Below, one piece after another: positions 16,895-25,780 of a DNA stretch of 32,000 nucleotides. Source of the DNA: Nonlabens ponticola. Its GTDB lineage: Bacteria; Bacteroidota; Bacteroidia; Flavobacteriales; Flavobacteriaceae. Each line of letters starts with the position of its first letter. Position 1 is the first letter of the stretch. Where the stretch lies: NCBI RefSeq assembly GCF_003966335.1, contig NZ_CP034549.1:480001-512000 (forward strand), given 5' to 3'. Position numbers and translations under genes: made by a program. Below the pieces are notes generated by a model. That model was given only the letters and a program-made list of their open reading frames with translations. It was not told the origin of the DNA and did no database searches.

Positions 16895-17701
16895 CTAGTT
16901 CACGGTAGTCGCATTCTCTGGCTTGCTGTAAAAATCATCGCCCATGGCAGACGCATCGATATCCACATTATTAAAAGCACGCGGCTCACCAGCAGGCACG
17001 GTAGGCTGGCCATCTTCTACTTGATACCAGGTCAATAGCTCTGGCAACCACAGGCCGTTCACGTCTTGCCATTTGTTGTAGTGTATGAAGCTGTACTTTT
17101 CTGACGTGGTGTCCTGACCATAAGTGACCGTGTAGGCGAGCCAGGCCATCTTTTTGGTATCTGGATCATAATAAATGATGTAATTGTCCTCTGGCGAGTT
17201 GCCCACATTGTCTGCATAAGAGATCTTGGTGCCTGGATACAACGTGCCGTCCTTTTCCAGCGCTCTCACTTGCTCGTATTGGATGCCATCATCTGCCAAA
17301 ACAAAAGGCATGGCATAGAAATAAAACATGAGATTGTAGTAGAATTCGGCTCGTGCTGGATCAAAAGCTTGCTCGTCTTGTTGCAGCCACAGGCTATCGC
17401 CATCAAAACCTAATTGGTAAGCATCTGTTTCTATCAAAGTCTTGCGACTCGTTAAATCGATAGTATGTACCTCATCGCCGCTAGGTTTTGGCATGGTGTA
17501 GGTCAGGCTTTGCATGGAGCGCCACTTTTCAAGGCCGCCATGATTTTCAAAAACCTCTTGTAGATCTGCTGGATAGCGATCCATGTCAATGCTGGTTTCG
17601 GCAGTGGTGTTTTCTGTAGTTTCTTCGTTTTCGGTATTAGGCTTGCAGGCGATGAGCATCGCGATGGCAAGAAATCCTATAAGTAATCTGGTATTTTTCA
17701 T
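16895..17701 (-). CDS. hypothetical lipoprotein
   Basis: 268-aa ORF beginning MKNTRLLIGFLAIAMLIAC (lipobox), with normal composition. Confidence 0.65.
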   Translation of the reverse strand: MKNTRLLIGFLAIAMLIACKPNTENEETTENTTAETSIDMDRYPADLQEVFENHGGLEKWRSMQSLTYTMPKPSGDEVHTIDLTSRKTLIETDAYQLGFDGDSLWLQQDEQAFDPARAEFYYNLMFYFYAMPFVLADDGIQYEQVRALEKDGTLYPGTKISYADNVGNSPEDNYIIYYDPDTKKMAWLAYTVTYGQDTTSEKYSFIHYNKWQDVNGLWLPELLTWYQVEDGQPTVPAGEPRAFNNVDIDASAMGDDFYSKPENATTVN

Positions 17702-17823
17702 GATCCAAAACTAAAAATATTACCCATTCTCAACTTTCTGATCGCATAGATATTGCAAATGGTCCTATTTTCTAATCGCTAGCAGAGTGCTTATCTTGCT
17801 CTTATCATTTTCTTTTTCGTCGC

Positions 17824-18363
17824 ATGAGATTCTACTTAAATTTTCTGTTTCTATTATCAAGTTTCTTACTTCTTTCCTGCAATGGGTTTGCTCAAGAAAA
17901 TGAAATAACTACCGAGACGGCCGAGTCTGACCTTTCAAGAAATTCAAGCGTTTATTTCCCGAAATCCATTGGAATCGTGAATGATTACAACAATCTATTC
18001 ACCAATAAACAAAAAGCCGAATTGGACCAAATGCTCTACTATTATGAGATAGAAACAACCAGGCAAATAGTTGTCGTTAGTGTTAATAGCATCGCACCTT
18101 ATGACGATATACAGCAATATGCTACAGACCTAGGTAGTTATTGGGGCGTGGGTCAAAAAGAATCAAACAACGGCTTGATGATAGTAGTATGTAAACCATG
18201 CCGATCTTTTGGTATCGCTACAGGATTGGGAACTCAAGAAGTCTTGACAGATGAAATTTGCAAAACTGTTATAGACGAGACTATCATTCCAGCATTCAAA
18301 AACGGCAACTTTTATAAGGGAATTAAAGATGGAGTCGTGGAACTGATCGAGAAATGGGACTAG
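17824..18363 (+). CDS. TPM-domain (TLP18.3/Psb32/MOLO-1-like) protein
   Basis: 179-aa ORF with a signal peptide and the TPM-like pattern VNDYNNLFT...EL...L...E..T..QIVVV followed by GLMIVV...R...I.TG.G. Confidence 0.75.
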   Translation: MRFYLNFLFLLSSFLLLSCNGFAQENEITTETAESDLSRNSSVYFPKSIGIVNDYNNLFTNKQKAELDQMLYYYEIETTRQIVVVSVNSIAPYDDIQQYATDLGSYWGVGQKESNNGLMIVVCKPCRSFGIATGLGTQEVLTDEICKTVIDETIIPAFKNGNFYKGIKDGVVELIEKWD

Positions 18364-18466
18364 GCTCTGTTTTTGAGATATGATCGACACAATCAATTCA
18401 CTTACTCTAAAAAATAATATCTAATTTGAGCAGCGATTAGCTCTAGCAGTTTATAAACCACCTATC

Positions 18467-21337
18467 ATGAAAAAATCACTACTTCTTATTGTATTCCTAA
18501 GCAGCGTCATGAGCTTTGCTCAAACAGACGCCCAACAAGTGCTGCAAGGCATCGCGCAGATGGAAGACATGGCGGCCAACTCGCCTTATAAAAATTTAAG
18601 CTTCAAAAACATAGGCCCGACCATCATGTCTGGTCGTGTGGTTGATGTAGATGTCAATCCGCAAAATCCTACTGAAATGCTCGTGGCATATGCCAGCGGT
18701 GGTTTATGGCATACCAAAAATAACGGTACCAGCTTTGAACCTATCATGGACAATGCAGGCACCATCAATCTAGGCGATATCGCCGTAGATTGGAACGATC
18801 GTGTGATCTGGGCAGGAACTGGCGAGAACAATTCCAGCCGCAGCAGCTATGCTGGCATCGGCCTGTTGAAATCTACCGATTGGGGTAAAACCTGGAGCGA
18901 GCCCATGCTGCCAGCATCGCATCACATAGGTCGCATTTTGATTGATCCCAACAACGCAGACCATGTAGTGGTAGCCGTGACAGGTCCTTTGTATACAAAT
19001 AGTGATCATCGTGGCATATTTACGACCATAGATGGTGGTACATCGTGGAACAAAACTTTATACGCGACTGATATGGCTGGGTTTATCGATCTAGCTGCAG
19101 CACCAGAGGATTTCAATACGCTTTTTGCTGCTAGTTGGGAAAAGGACCGCAAGGCATGGAATTTTGACGGCGATGGCGAGGCAAGTGCCATTTATAAAAG
19201 CACCGATGGCGGCCAAAACTGGACTAAGATCACAACAGAAGCCAGCGGTTTCCCGACAGGTAGTGGTGTTGGTCGCATAGGTCTAGCGGTTTATGATGCC
19301 AATACGATTTATGCCATTCATGACTCGCAATTCCGTAGGGAGAAGGAAGATGGTGGTAATTCTGCTTTCGCGAAAGCGGAATCCGACTCAGACCTATCAA
19401 AAGACGACTTTAAATCCATGTCTCGCAACGAGTTTATGGCACTGGAAAACGACAAGCTGAACAAGTTCTTGAAGCAAAACGGTTTCCAAGAAAAATACCG
19501 TGCAGAGAATGTCAAAAACATGGTAAGTAATGGCGCAGCACAACCAGCTGATCTGGCGTTATACCTAGAAGATGCCAACTCGCAATTGTTTGACACACCA
19601 GTTAAGGGTGCCGAATTATACCTATCAAAAGATGGCGGTAAAACCTGGACCAAAACACATGAAGGTCAAATAGACGATGTGTTTTATAGCTATGGATATT
19701 ATTTCGCTCAAGTGCGCGTAGATCCTAGCGATGTCAATAAAGTTTATGTGATGGGCGTGCCTATCATCAAGTCTGACGATGGTGGTAAAAATTGGACCAG
19801 TATTTCTAGAGAAAACGTGCATGCAGATCATCACGCGTTGTGGATCAATCCAAAGATGAGCGGTCATTTGATCAATGGTAATGACGGTGGTTTGAACATC
19901 TCTTATGACGATGGCGAGACCTGGATCAAGAACAACTCACCTGCGGTAGGTCAGTTTTATGCCATTAATTATGATATGGAAGAACCGTATAACGTTTACG
20001 GTGGTTTGCAAGACAATGGCGTTTGGGTAGCGGCGCATAACGCTCGAGAAAATCGTGCGTGGCACCAGCAAGGTCAATATCCATGGGAATCCATTATGGG
20101 TGGTGATGGAATGCAAGTGCAAATTGACAATCGTGATAGTGATGTGGTTTATACAGGATTCCAATTCGGTAACTACTACCGCATCAATCGGGAAACGGGC
20201 GATAGAACATACATCCAGCCAAAACATGAGTTAGGCGAGTCGCCTTATCGATTCAACTGGCAAACGCCTATTTTGTTGAGCAGTCACAATCAGGACATTC
20301 TTTATCTAGGCGGTAACAAACTGCATAGATCCATGAATCAAGGAAACGATTGGACAGCCATCTCGCCAGACTTGACGCAAGGCGGCAAAAAAGGAAACGT
20401 GGCTTACGGTACGTTGACCTCTATCAGCGAGTCGCCGTTTCAATTTGGAATGATCATCACAGGATCTGATGATGGATTGGTACAATTGACCAAAGATGGT
20501 GGCGCAACCTGGTCGCAGCTGAATGGCGGCTGGCCAGCAGATCTTTGGGTAAGCCGTGTGGTAGCATCACAACACGACCAAAACACACTTTACGTAACAC
20601 TTAATGGTTACCGCAATGACGACTTTACACCTTATGTATATATGAGTAAAGATGCTGGTAAGACTTGGCAAAATATAGGCAGCTCATTGCCTGTATCGCC
20701 TGTCAATGTAATTATCGAGCATCCTACAGATAAAGACATGGTTTTTGTTGGTACTGACAATGCCGTTTATGTAGCAACGCAACCAGGCGCCTGGAGCTTG
20801 CTGAATGCCGACATGCCACCAGTGGCAGTGCATGATTTGAAAATACAGCCAAAAGCTAATGATCTATTAGTGGGAACACATGGTCGTTCAATTTATCTAG
20901 CCAATCTAGATGCTATGGGCTTACCAAAAGCCGCTTCTAGCGAAAACGCGGTGGGTTACTACAGCCAGAAATTGAAGTTGGCGCCTGTTGAAGGGTTTAG
21001 AGCATCAAATCGTTATGGAAGCAAAGGCTTCATGTGGAGTGATGGCCCAGAACCTAGTGTGGACATCAGCTACTTCTCGCCTACTGCTGGTAAAACAATG
21101 CTGACGATCACCAACGAGGACGGCAAAGTGGTCAATGAAATGGAACTGGAATCTGACAACGGATTGAACTTTTATACCTACAACGGCACAGTATCAGAAA
21201 AAGGCAGAAAGAAGTACAAAAAAGACATGCAACCTAAAGTCGCTGACAATGGTCGTTATTACCTGCCAAAAGGCAAATACACATTGACTCTTAAGAACAG
21301 CGCTGGTAGTGCTAGTGAGAAGTTTGAGGTGGAGTGA
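18467..21337 (+). CDS. large secreted Asp-box/BNR-repeat beta-propeller protein (sortilin/VPS10-like)
   Basis: 956-aa ORF with a signal peptide and at least 8 Asp-box motifs (STDWGKTW, TIDGGTSW, STDGGQNW, SKDGGKTW, SDDGGKNW, YDDGETW, TKDGGATW, SKDAGKTW). Confidence 0.85.
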   Translation: MKKSLLLIVFLSSVMSFAQTDAQQVLQGIAQMEDMAANSPYKNLSFKNIGPTIMSGRVVDVDVNPQNPTEMLVAYASGGLWHTKNNGTSFEPIMDNAGTINLGDIAVDWNDRVIWAGTGENNSSRSSYAGIGLLKSTDWGKTWSEPMLPASHHIGRILIDPNNADHVVVAVTGPLYTNSDHRGIFTTIDGGTSWNKTLYATDMAGFIDLAAAPEDFNTLFAASWEKDRKAWNFDGDGEASAIYKSTDGGQNWTKITTEASGFPTGSGVGRIGLAVYDANTIYAIHDSQFRREKEDGGNSAFAKAESDSDLSKDDFKSMSRNEFMALENDKLNKFLKQNGFQEKYRAENVKNMVSNGAAQPADLALYLEDANSQLFDTPVKGAELYLSKDGGKTWTKTHEGQIDDVFYSYGYYFAQVRVDPSDVNKVYVMGVPIIKSDDGGKNWTSISRENVHADHHALWINPKMSGHLINGNDGGLNISYDDGETWIKNNSPAVGQFYAINYDMEEPYNVYGGLQDNGVWVAAHNARENRAWHQQGQYPWESIMGGDGMQVQIDNRDSDVVYTGFQFGNYYRINRETGDRTYIQPKHELGESPYRFNWQTPILLSSHNQDILYLGGNKLHRSMNQGNDWTAISPDLTQGGKKGNVAYGTLTSISESPFQFGMIITGSDDGLVQLTKDGGATWSQLNGGWPADLWVSRVVASQHDQNTLYVTLNGYRNDDFTPYVYMSKDAGKTWQNIGSSLPVSPVNVIIEHPTDKDMVFVGTDNAVYVATQPGAWSLLNADMPPVAVHDLKIQPKANDLLVGTHGRSIYLANLDAMGLPKAASSENAVGYYSQKLKLAPVEGFRASNRYGSKGFMWSDGPEPSVDISYFSPTAGKTMLTITNEDGKVVNEMELESDNGLNFYTYNGTVSEKGRKKYKKDMQPKVADNGRYYLPKGKYTLTLKNSAGSASEKFEVE
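19364..19377. repeat. GCTTTCGCGAAAGC palindromic element inside the Asp-box protein CDS (encodes AFAKA)
   Basis: Exact 14-mer. The flanks extend it to ATTCTGCTTTCGCGAAAGCGGAAT, a 24-bp palindrome with one mismatched pair. Confidence 0.9.
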
Positions 21338-21390
21338 GTATCAGATTAAATCGCGGAAGGAACAGCTCTATTTGCATCTAATTTAAGCCC

Positions 21391-22797
21391 ATGAAAGAAG
21401 AGTTACAAATAATTCAAAAATTTCTAAGTGAATTTTCAAAATTAGTATCAACTCAAGCGGATCTAAGTTTCCCCATAGAATTTTATACGGAGTATAAAGG
21501 CCAAATGAAGGTTGTTGATGCTGCATTAATTAAAAACAAAGAGGTACTTGCCATTTTTGAGTTTAAGGCAGGTGTTGTTAAAATCAATCCACAAGATTTT
21601 TGGGACGCAATACCACCAATAAATATCAACTATAAATTCTTAGTTCTTTCTAATGGTTTGGATCACTATGTATTAAATGTTTTTACAAATGCACTTCTTA
21701 GCTTTGATAATTCTGAAGATTTATTAACCCATTTATTAGAACTACCCACTGTAGAAGAAATCAATGAAACAAAGGAAAGTATAGCTTCGATCATCGAAAA
21801 AACAGTCATGGAATTTGAAAAAGAATTTGTTCATCATGATCATCCTCTGTATGAAAAATTGCCTGATTTAGTTGCTCATTTCAAAAAGGAAAAAATTGAA
21901 AGTTCGCTACGATTCGATAAAAACGGTCAGTTCTATCACCTTACTAAAGACATAAGGGATTTAACCAATTTTGAAAATCAATTTTTTCAATTGATCACCG
22001 AGGAATTAGAGGAGTCTGAAACAATCTATAGATACACTACACTTGAAACAATGTTTTCGACTATCAATCACAAGAGTATTCGATTAAATGGTATTCCTGG
22101 AATGAATGATCTTTCTGAAGTTGATTACGTTCAATCGTATCGTGACAAAGGTTTTAAATTGTCTGACTCAGCTATAGACATTGACGAATTAAATAAAAGA
22201 TTTATATTATGTAGTTCATCTTTGGAAGACGACTTGATGCAATGGAGATTGTACGGAGATGATTCTAAAGGAGCCTGTCTAGTTTTCAAGATTAAAAATA
22301 CCTCGAGAATTCCTGGACTGCAATTACGAAAGATTTGTTACGGAATCAAAGTAAATGGAGAAAACTATCATCCTGAAATTGAATTGATAAACAAGATAAT
22401 TAGCGACGTTAAGAAGCAAAAAAAAGAATCCTTTCAATTTAGAGCGTTATCAATTTGGAAGCATTTTTTCAAGTCTTACGAATATCAGCCAGAAAAAGAA
22501 GTGAGATTGTTATTAATTCTGGCTCGTGATAAAACTATTAAAGGAGAAAGTATACTTGAAGAGAAACTTCATTCAATACAAAAAATGTGGTGCTTAACAA
22601 GCTCTCATAAAATCGTTAATCCGTATATCATAATCAATGTTGATGACGATTTATTGCCGATAGAGCTAACCGAGATCGTTCTTGGTAACAAGAGCCCTGA
22701 ACCAGTTACAAATAAGAAGCAGATTGAACAATTACTATATGAAAACAAGTTAGATAACGTTTCAGTAAACATTTCTAAAATTGATAGCTATCGCTGA
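21391..22797 (+). CDS. PD-(D/E)xK-like N-terminal domain fused to a DUF2971 domain (candidate defence-island protein A)
   Basis: 468-aa ORF that is strongly AT-rich. The N-terminus carries VVD43AALIKNKEVLAIFE57FK59 (D...ExK, HsdR-N-like). The DUF2971-like motifs are IYRYTTLETMF...IRLNGIPGMNDLSE (from nt 22024), ILCSSSLEDDLMQWRLYGDDSKGACLVF (nt ~22210-22290) and YQPEKEVRLLL (22492..22506). Confidence 0.7.
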   Translation: MKEELQIIQKFLSEFSKLVSTQADLSFPIEFYTEYKGQMKVVDAALIKNKEVLAIFEFKAGVVKINPQDFWDAIPPININYKFLVLSNGLDHYVLNVFTNALLSFDNSEDLLTHLLELPTVEEINETKESIASIIEKTVMEFEKEFVHHDHPLYEKLPDLVAHFKKEKIESSLRFDKNGQFYHLTKDIRDLTNFENQFFQLITEELEESETIYRYTTLETMFSTINHKSIRLNGIPGMNDLSEVDYVQSYRDKGFKLSDSAIDIDELNKRFILCSSSLEDDLMQWRLYGDDSKGACLVFKIKNTSRIPGLQLRKICYGIKVNGENYHPEIELINKIISDVKKQKKESFQFRALSIWKHFFKSYEYQPEKEVRLLLILARDKTIKGESILEEKLHSIQKMWCLTSSHKIVNPYIIINVDDDLLPIELTEIVLGNKSPEPVTNKKQIEQLLYENKLDNVSVNISKIDSYR

Positions 22798-22866
22798 AAG
22801 CATGTTTTATCAATTTTTTTGTCTTCCAAGAATTGTATTTTGGCCTTAATAACATGCATTTTTAAT

Positions 22867-22874
22867 TATGTTTG
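22867..22874 (+). promoter_or_regulatory. candidate -7 promoter box TATGTTTG upstream of island gene B
   Basis: Matches TAnnTTTG, 55 nt upstream of the ATG at 22929 in the 131-nt A-B spacer. This is a motif match only. Confidence 0.3.
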
Positions 22875-22928
22875 ATTTACCAATTTTTTTCTAAAGGCGT
22901 AAGCCCTGTTTCTATTAAAGGATAAAAT

Positions 22929-24887
22929 ATGCCAAAAATTATTGATGTTGGAGTTGAGCAAGATCATATTGAATCCTTGACTAAGGCGAGCGGAATTACG
23001 GCTATTTCAGAGCTAATATGGAATTCTCTCGATGCAGACGCCACTAAGGTAAAAATAGAATACATTAAAAATAAACTAGGAGGCTTTGAAGAACTGGTAG
23101 TTGAGGACAATGGATTGGGAATTGAATATTCAAAAGCGCAGGATGTCTTTGGTCGATTAGGAGGTTCAGAAAAGAAGATTCAAACGAGTAGCCCAAATGG
23201 ACGCCAGTATCATGGTAAAGAAGGAAAAGGCAGATACAAATCACTGGCATTAGGTGATTTAGTAAAATTCACAAGCGTTTATAAAAATGGTGAGTCTCTA
23301 AAAGAGTTTACTGTAACATTTGACAGAAATAATTTATCACACTCGAACTTCAGCGATTTGAAAACGCTTCCGAAAGGTAGTGTGGAAACAGGTTTCAAAG
23401 TTGAAATAAAAAACATTAACCAAGAAAACGTAATTCAAGCAGTAGATCCGAAGTTCAGGAGAGAAATAGAACAGAAATTCACATCATATTGGATAAACTA
23501 TAATGATTTTGAAATTTATTTCAACGGTAATAAATTAGAATTTGAGTCTTTAATCAAAAACACAGAGGAAAAAGAATTCTTCGTTCAAAATGGTGAATTA
23601 TCATACAGATTCTCCATAAAAGTAATCGAATGGAGCTTTGACATAAGGAAGAGAACTTATTTATGCAATACCAAAGGTATTCCATTTAAAGAATTGAACC
23701 TTGGTATTCGTTCGACTATTCCTATTTCGATTTTCATTCAGTCAGTTTATATTGAAAAATTACATAGAGAAAACCTCATAGATTTAGAAAACTTTGATGA
23801 CATACTCCAAGGAGCTTATGTAGAAGCAAAGAAATTCGCTAGAGAATATGTCAGAAATAGACTTCATTTATATTCCGGAGAATTTATTAAGGAACTGAAA
23901 ACGAAGGGGCTTTATCCATATAAGGAGAATGCAGATTCTATAATTGAAGAAAGTAAAAGACAGGTTTTTGATATAGTTGCGCTTCAGGTAAATGAATATC
24001 TACCCGAATTTGAAAGTCAAAATGATAAGAGCAAAAAATTTACCCTTTCTCTAATTAAGGAAGCTTTGGAAAAAGATTCTCATTCATTACAAAAGATTTT
24101 GACTGAGGTTATTGAATTACCAGATGAAAAAAGAGAAGAATTAGTCGAAATTCTAGAAGAAACATCTTTGTCAAGTGTAATTGATACAATGACAGAAATT
24201 AAAAATAGATTGAGATTTATCAATGGTCTTGAGGAACTAATTTATAATAAAGACCTAAACAAGAATATTTTAGAGCGAAAGCATCTTCATAAAATTTTGG
24301 TGAACGAAACATGGCTATTCGGCGATGAATATACATATGGCGTTGATGACGTTACGCTTAAGAATGTTTTAAAAGCATACTTGAAAAGTTTAGGTAGATC
24401 TGATTTTGAAGAGACTATAAGTAATGACTCGAATAATGATCTGCAAATCATACCTGACGTATGCTTATGGAGGCAATTCCCACAAGGTTCGCCTGGTCAT
24501 AAAACAAATTTGATTATTGAATTGAAAAAGCCAACAAAAGATGCTGGTGTTGAAGAACTGATGCAGATAAAGCTTTATGCCGCTAGAATATCCAACGATA
24601 AGAGATTTCCTAAAGAAAAAACCAAATGGAAATTTCTTTTGATTACTAAAGACATTAAGCCAGACATTGAACCTGAATTAGAACAAACTGGGAGGAAATA
24701 TGGTCATGTTGTTTCAACGGATTTATATGACGTATTCGTTTTAACATGGGGACATATCTTGACCGAGGCAAAAACAAGATATGAATATGTAAAAGATAAA
24801 TTGAATTTGAACTTAATGGATAACCAACATAATTTGGATTATCTCAAATCAAGATACAATGAATATTTACCGAATGAATTGAATTGA
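22929..24887 (+). CDS. GHKL (HATPase_c_3/MORC-like) ATPase fused to a C-terminal Shedu/DUF4263-like PD-(D/E)xK nuclease domain (candidate defence-island protein B)
   Basis: 652-aa ORF, AT-rich. The Bergerat-fold motifs are E28LIWNSLDADA (23010..23042), D60NGLG (23106..23120), and FGRLGGSEK / GKEGKGRYKS. The C-terminus reads ERKHLHKILVNETWLFGDEY...IIPD510VCLW...LIIE531LK533KP...Q546IKLY550 (D 24456, ExK 24519..24527). Confidence 0.7.
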   Translation: MPKIIDVGVEQDHIESLTKASGITAISELIWNSLDADATKVKIEYIKNKLGGFEELVVEDNGLGIEYSKAQDVFGRLGGSEKKIQTSSPNGRQYHGKEGKGRYKSLALGDLVKFTSVYKNGESLKEFTVTFDRNNLSHSNFSDLKTLPKGSVETGFKVEIKNINQENVIQAVDPKFRREIEQKFTSYWINYNDFEIYFNGNKLEFESLIKNTEEKEFFVQNGELSYRFSIKVIEWSFDIRKRTYLCNTKGIPFKELNLGIRSTIPISIFIQSVYIEKLHRENLIDLENFDDILQGAYVEAKKFAREYVRNRLHLYSGEFIKELKTKGLYPYKENADSIIEESKRQVFDIVALQVNEYLPEFESQNDKSKKFTLSLIKEALEKDSHSLQKILTEVIELPDEKREELVEILEETSLSSVIDTMTEIKNRLRFINGLEELIYNKDLNKNILERKHLHKILVNETWLFGDEYTYGVDDVTLKNVLKAYLKSLGRSDFEETISNDSNNDLQIIPDVCLWRQFPQGSPGHKTNLIIELKKPTKDAGVEELMQIKLYAARISNDKRFPKEKTKWKFLLITKDIKPDIEPELEQTGRKYGHVVSTDLYDVFVLTWGHILTEAKTRYEYVKDKLNLNLMDNQHNLDYLKSRYNEYLPNELN

Positions 24888-25053
24888 AGAAAAGTTAGGA
24901 TAAAAGTTATTTAATGCGAATTCAAAAATGATTACACAGAAAATCAGACTGTATAAAAATAAAATACTCACAACCCAACCTCAATCCTATTTTTATGTGA
25001 ACGCTTCTAGCTAATAGCTGTAAGTCAGCGATATTGCTGTAAAATCAAATATC

Positions 25054-25584
25054 ATGTCTTGGATTTACAGCGCAGATGATCCACTATGGCAAACCATAGT
25101 GTTAACCTTCATCCTTTTTCTTACCATCGTATTGCTTACCAGGATTATCGGCTTGCGGTCTTTTGCGAAGTTTACGGCCTACGATTTTGCATTTACCATC
25201 GCGATAGGTAGCATCGTCGCTGGCGTGCTCACTTCAAGTACAACATTTGTGCATGGTGCGGTAGCGGTGGCCAGCTTGCTGGGTTTGACCTTTATATTCT
25301 CGCAGTTGCAGCGCAAATATCCATGGCTTGAATCGGTTATTTCAAACAAGCCATTGATGCTTATGGACGGCAATCAAATACTTGACGATAATCTAGCGCA
25401 TGCACGTATCGAGCGTTCTCAACTTATGGCAAAACTGCGTGAGGCAAACGTGCTCAACTTTGACCAGGTGCGTGCAGTGGTTCTTGAATCTACTGGCGAC
25501 ATTTCGGTTTTACACACTTCTGATAAAGCAGATGAGGTCAAACTTGCTAACGAGATCTTGGATGGCGTCCGCAAGACTGTATAG
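25054..25584 (+). CDS. DUF421 (YetF-like) membrane protein
   Basis: 176-aa ORF with N-terminal TM helices that include the RIIGLRSFAKFTAYDFAFTIAIGS motif, and a C-terminal soluble domain. Confidence 0.8.
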   Translation: MSWIYSADDPLWQTIVLTFILFLTIVLLTRIIGLRSFAKFTAYDFAFTIAIGSIVAGVLTSSTTFVHGAVAVASLLGLTFIFSQLQRKYPWLESVISNKPLMLMDGNQILDDNLAHARIERSQLMAKLREANVLNFDQVRAVVLESTGDISVLHTSDKADEVKLANEILDGVRKTV

Positions 25585-25643
25585 CAGTGACTCTATGGTG
25601 TTTTGTCGATGTTCGATAAACGTAATTATGATTCTTGAGATTC

Positions 25644-25659
25644 CGCTTTCGCGAAAGCG
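25644..25659. repeat. CGCTTTCGCGAAAGCG palindromic element (intergenic copy)
   Basis: Exact 16-mer palindrome between the DUF421 gene and sdhC. Confidence 0.9.
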
Positions 25660-25780
25660 TAACCAGCCCAAAACGCAAACGTTATAGAAAAGCACGGATT
25701 TGCTATCTAGAAACAGTACAAATAAGATGCTAGGTCTAGCGATAACGTACGACCTAATTGAAAATACAGTAGCTGACAAC

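Noticed and set aside
22798-22928. Duplicated CAATTTTTTT strings in the spacer between island genes A and B.
   Set aside because: These are short, low-complexity T-runs in a ~25-30% GC region and are not distinguishable from background.
21338-25053. Search by eye for att-like direct repeats, a tRNA or an integrase at the borders of the defence-like island.
   Set aside because: Only trivial matches of 6 nt or less (for example CTATTT) are shared between 21338..21390 and 24888..25053, and no tRNA-like or recombinase sequence is present. I therefore make no mobile-element call.
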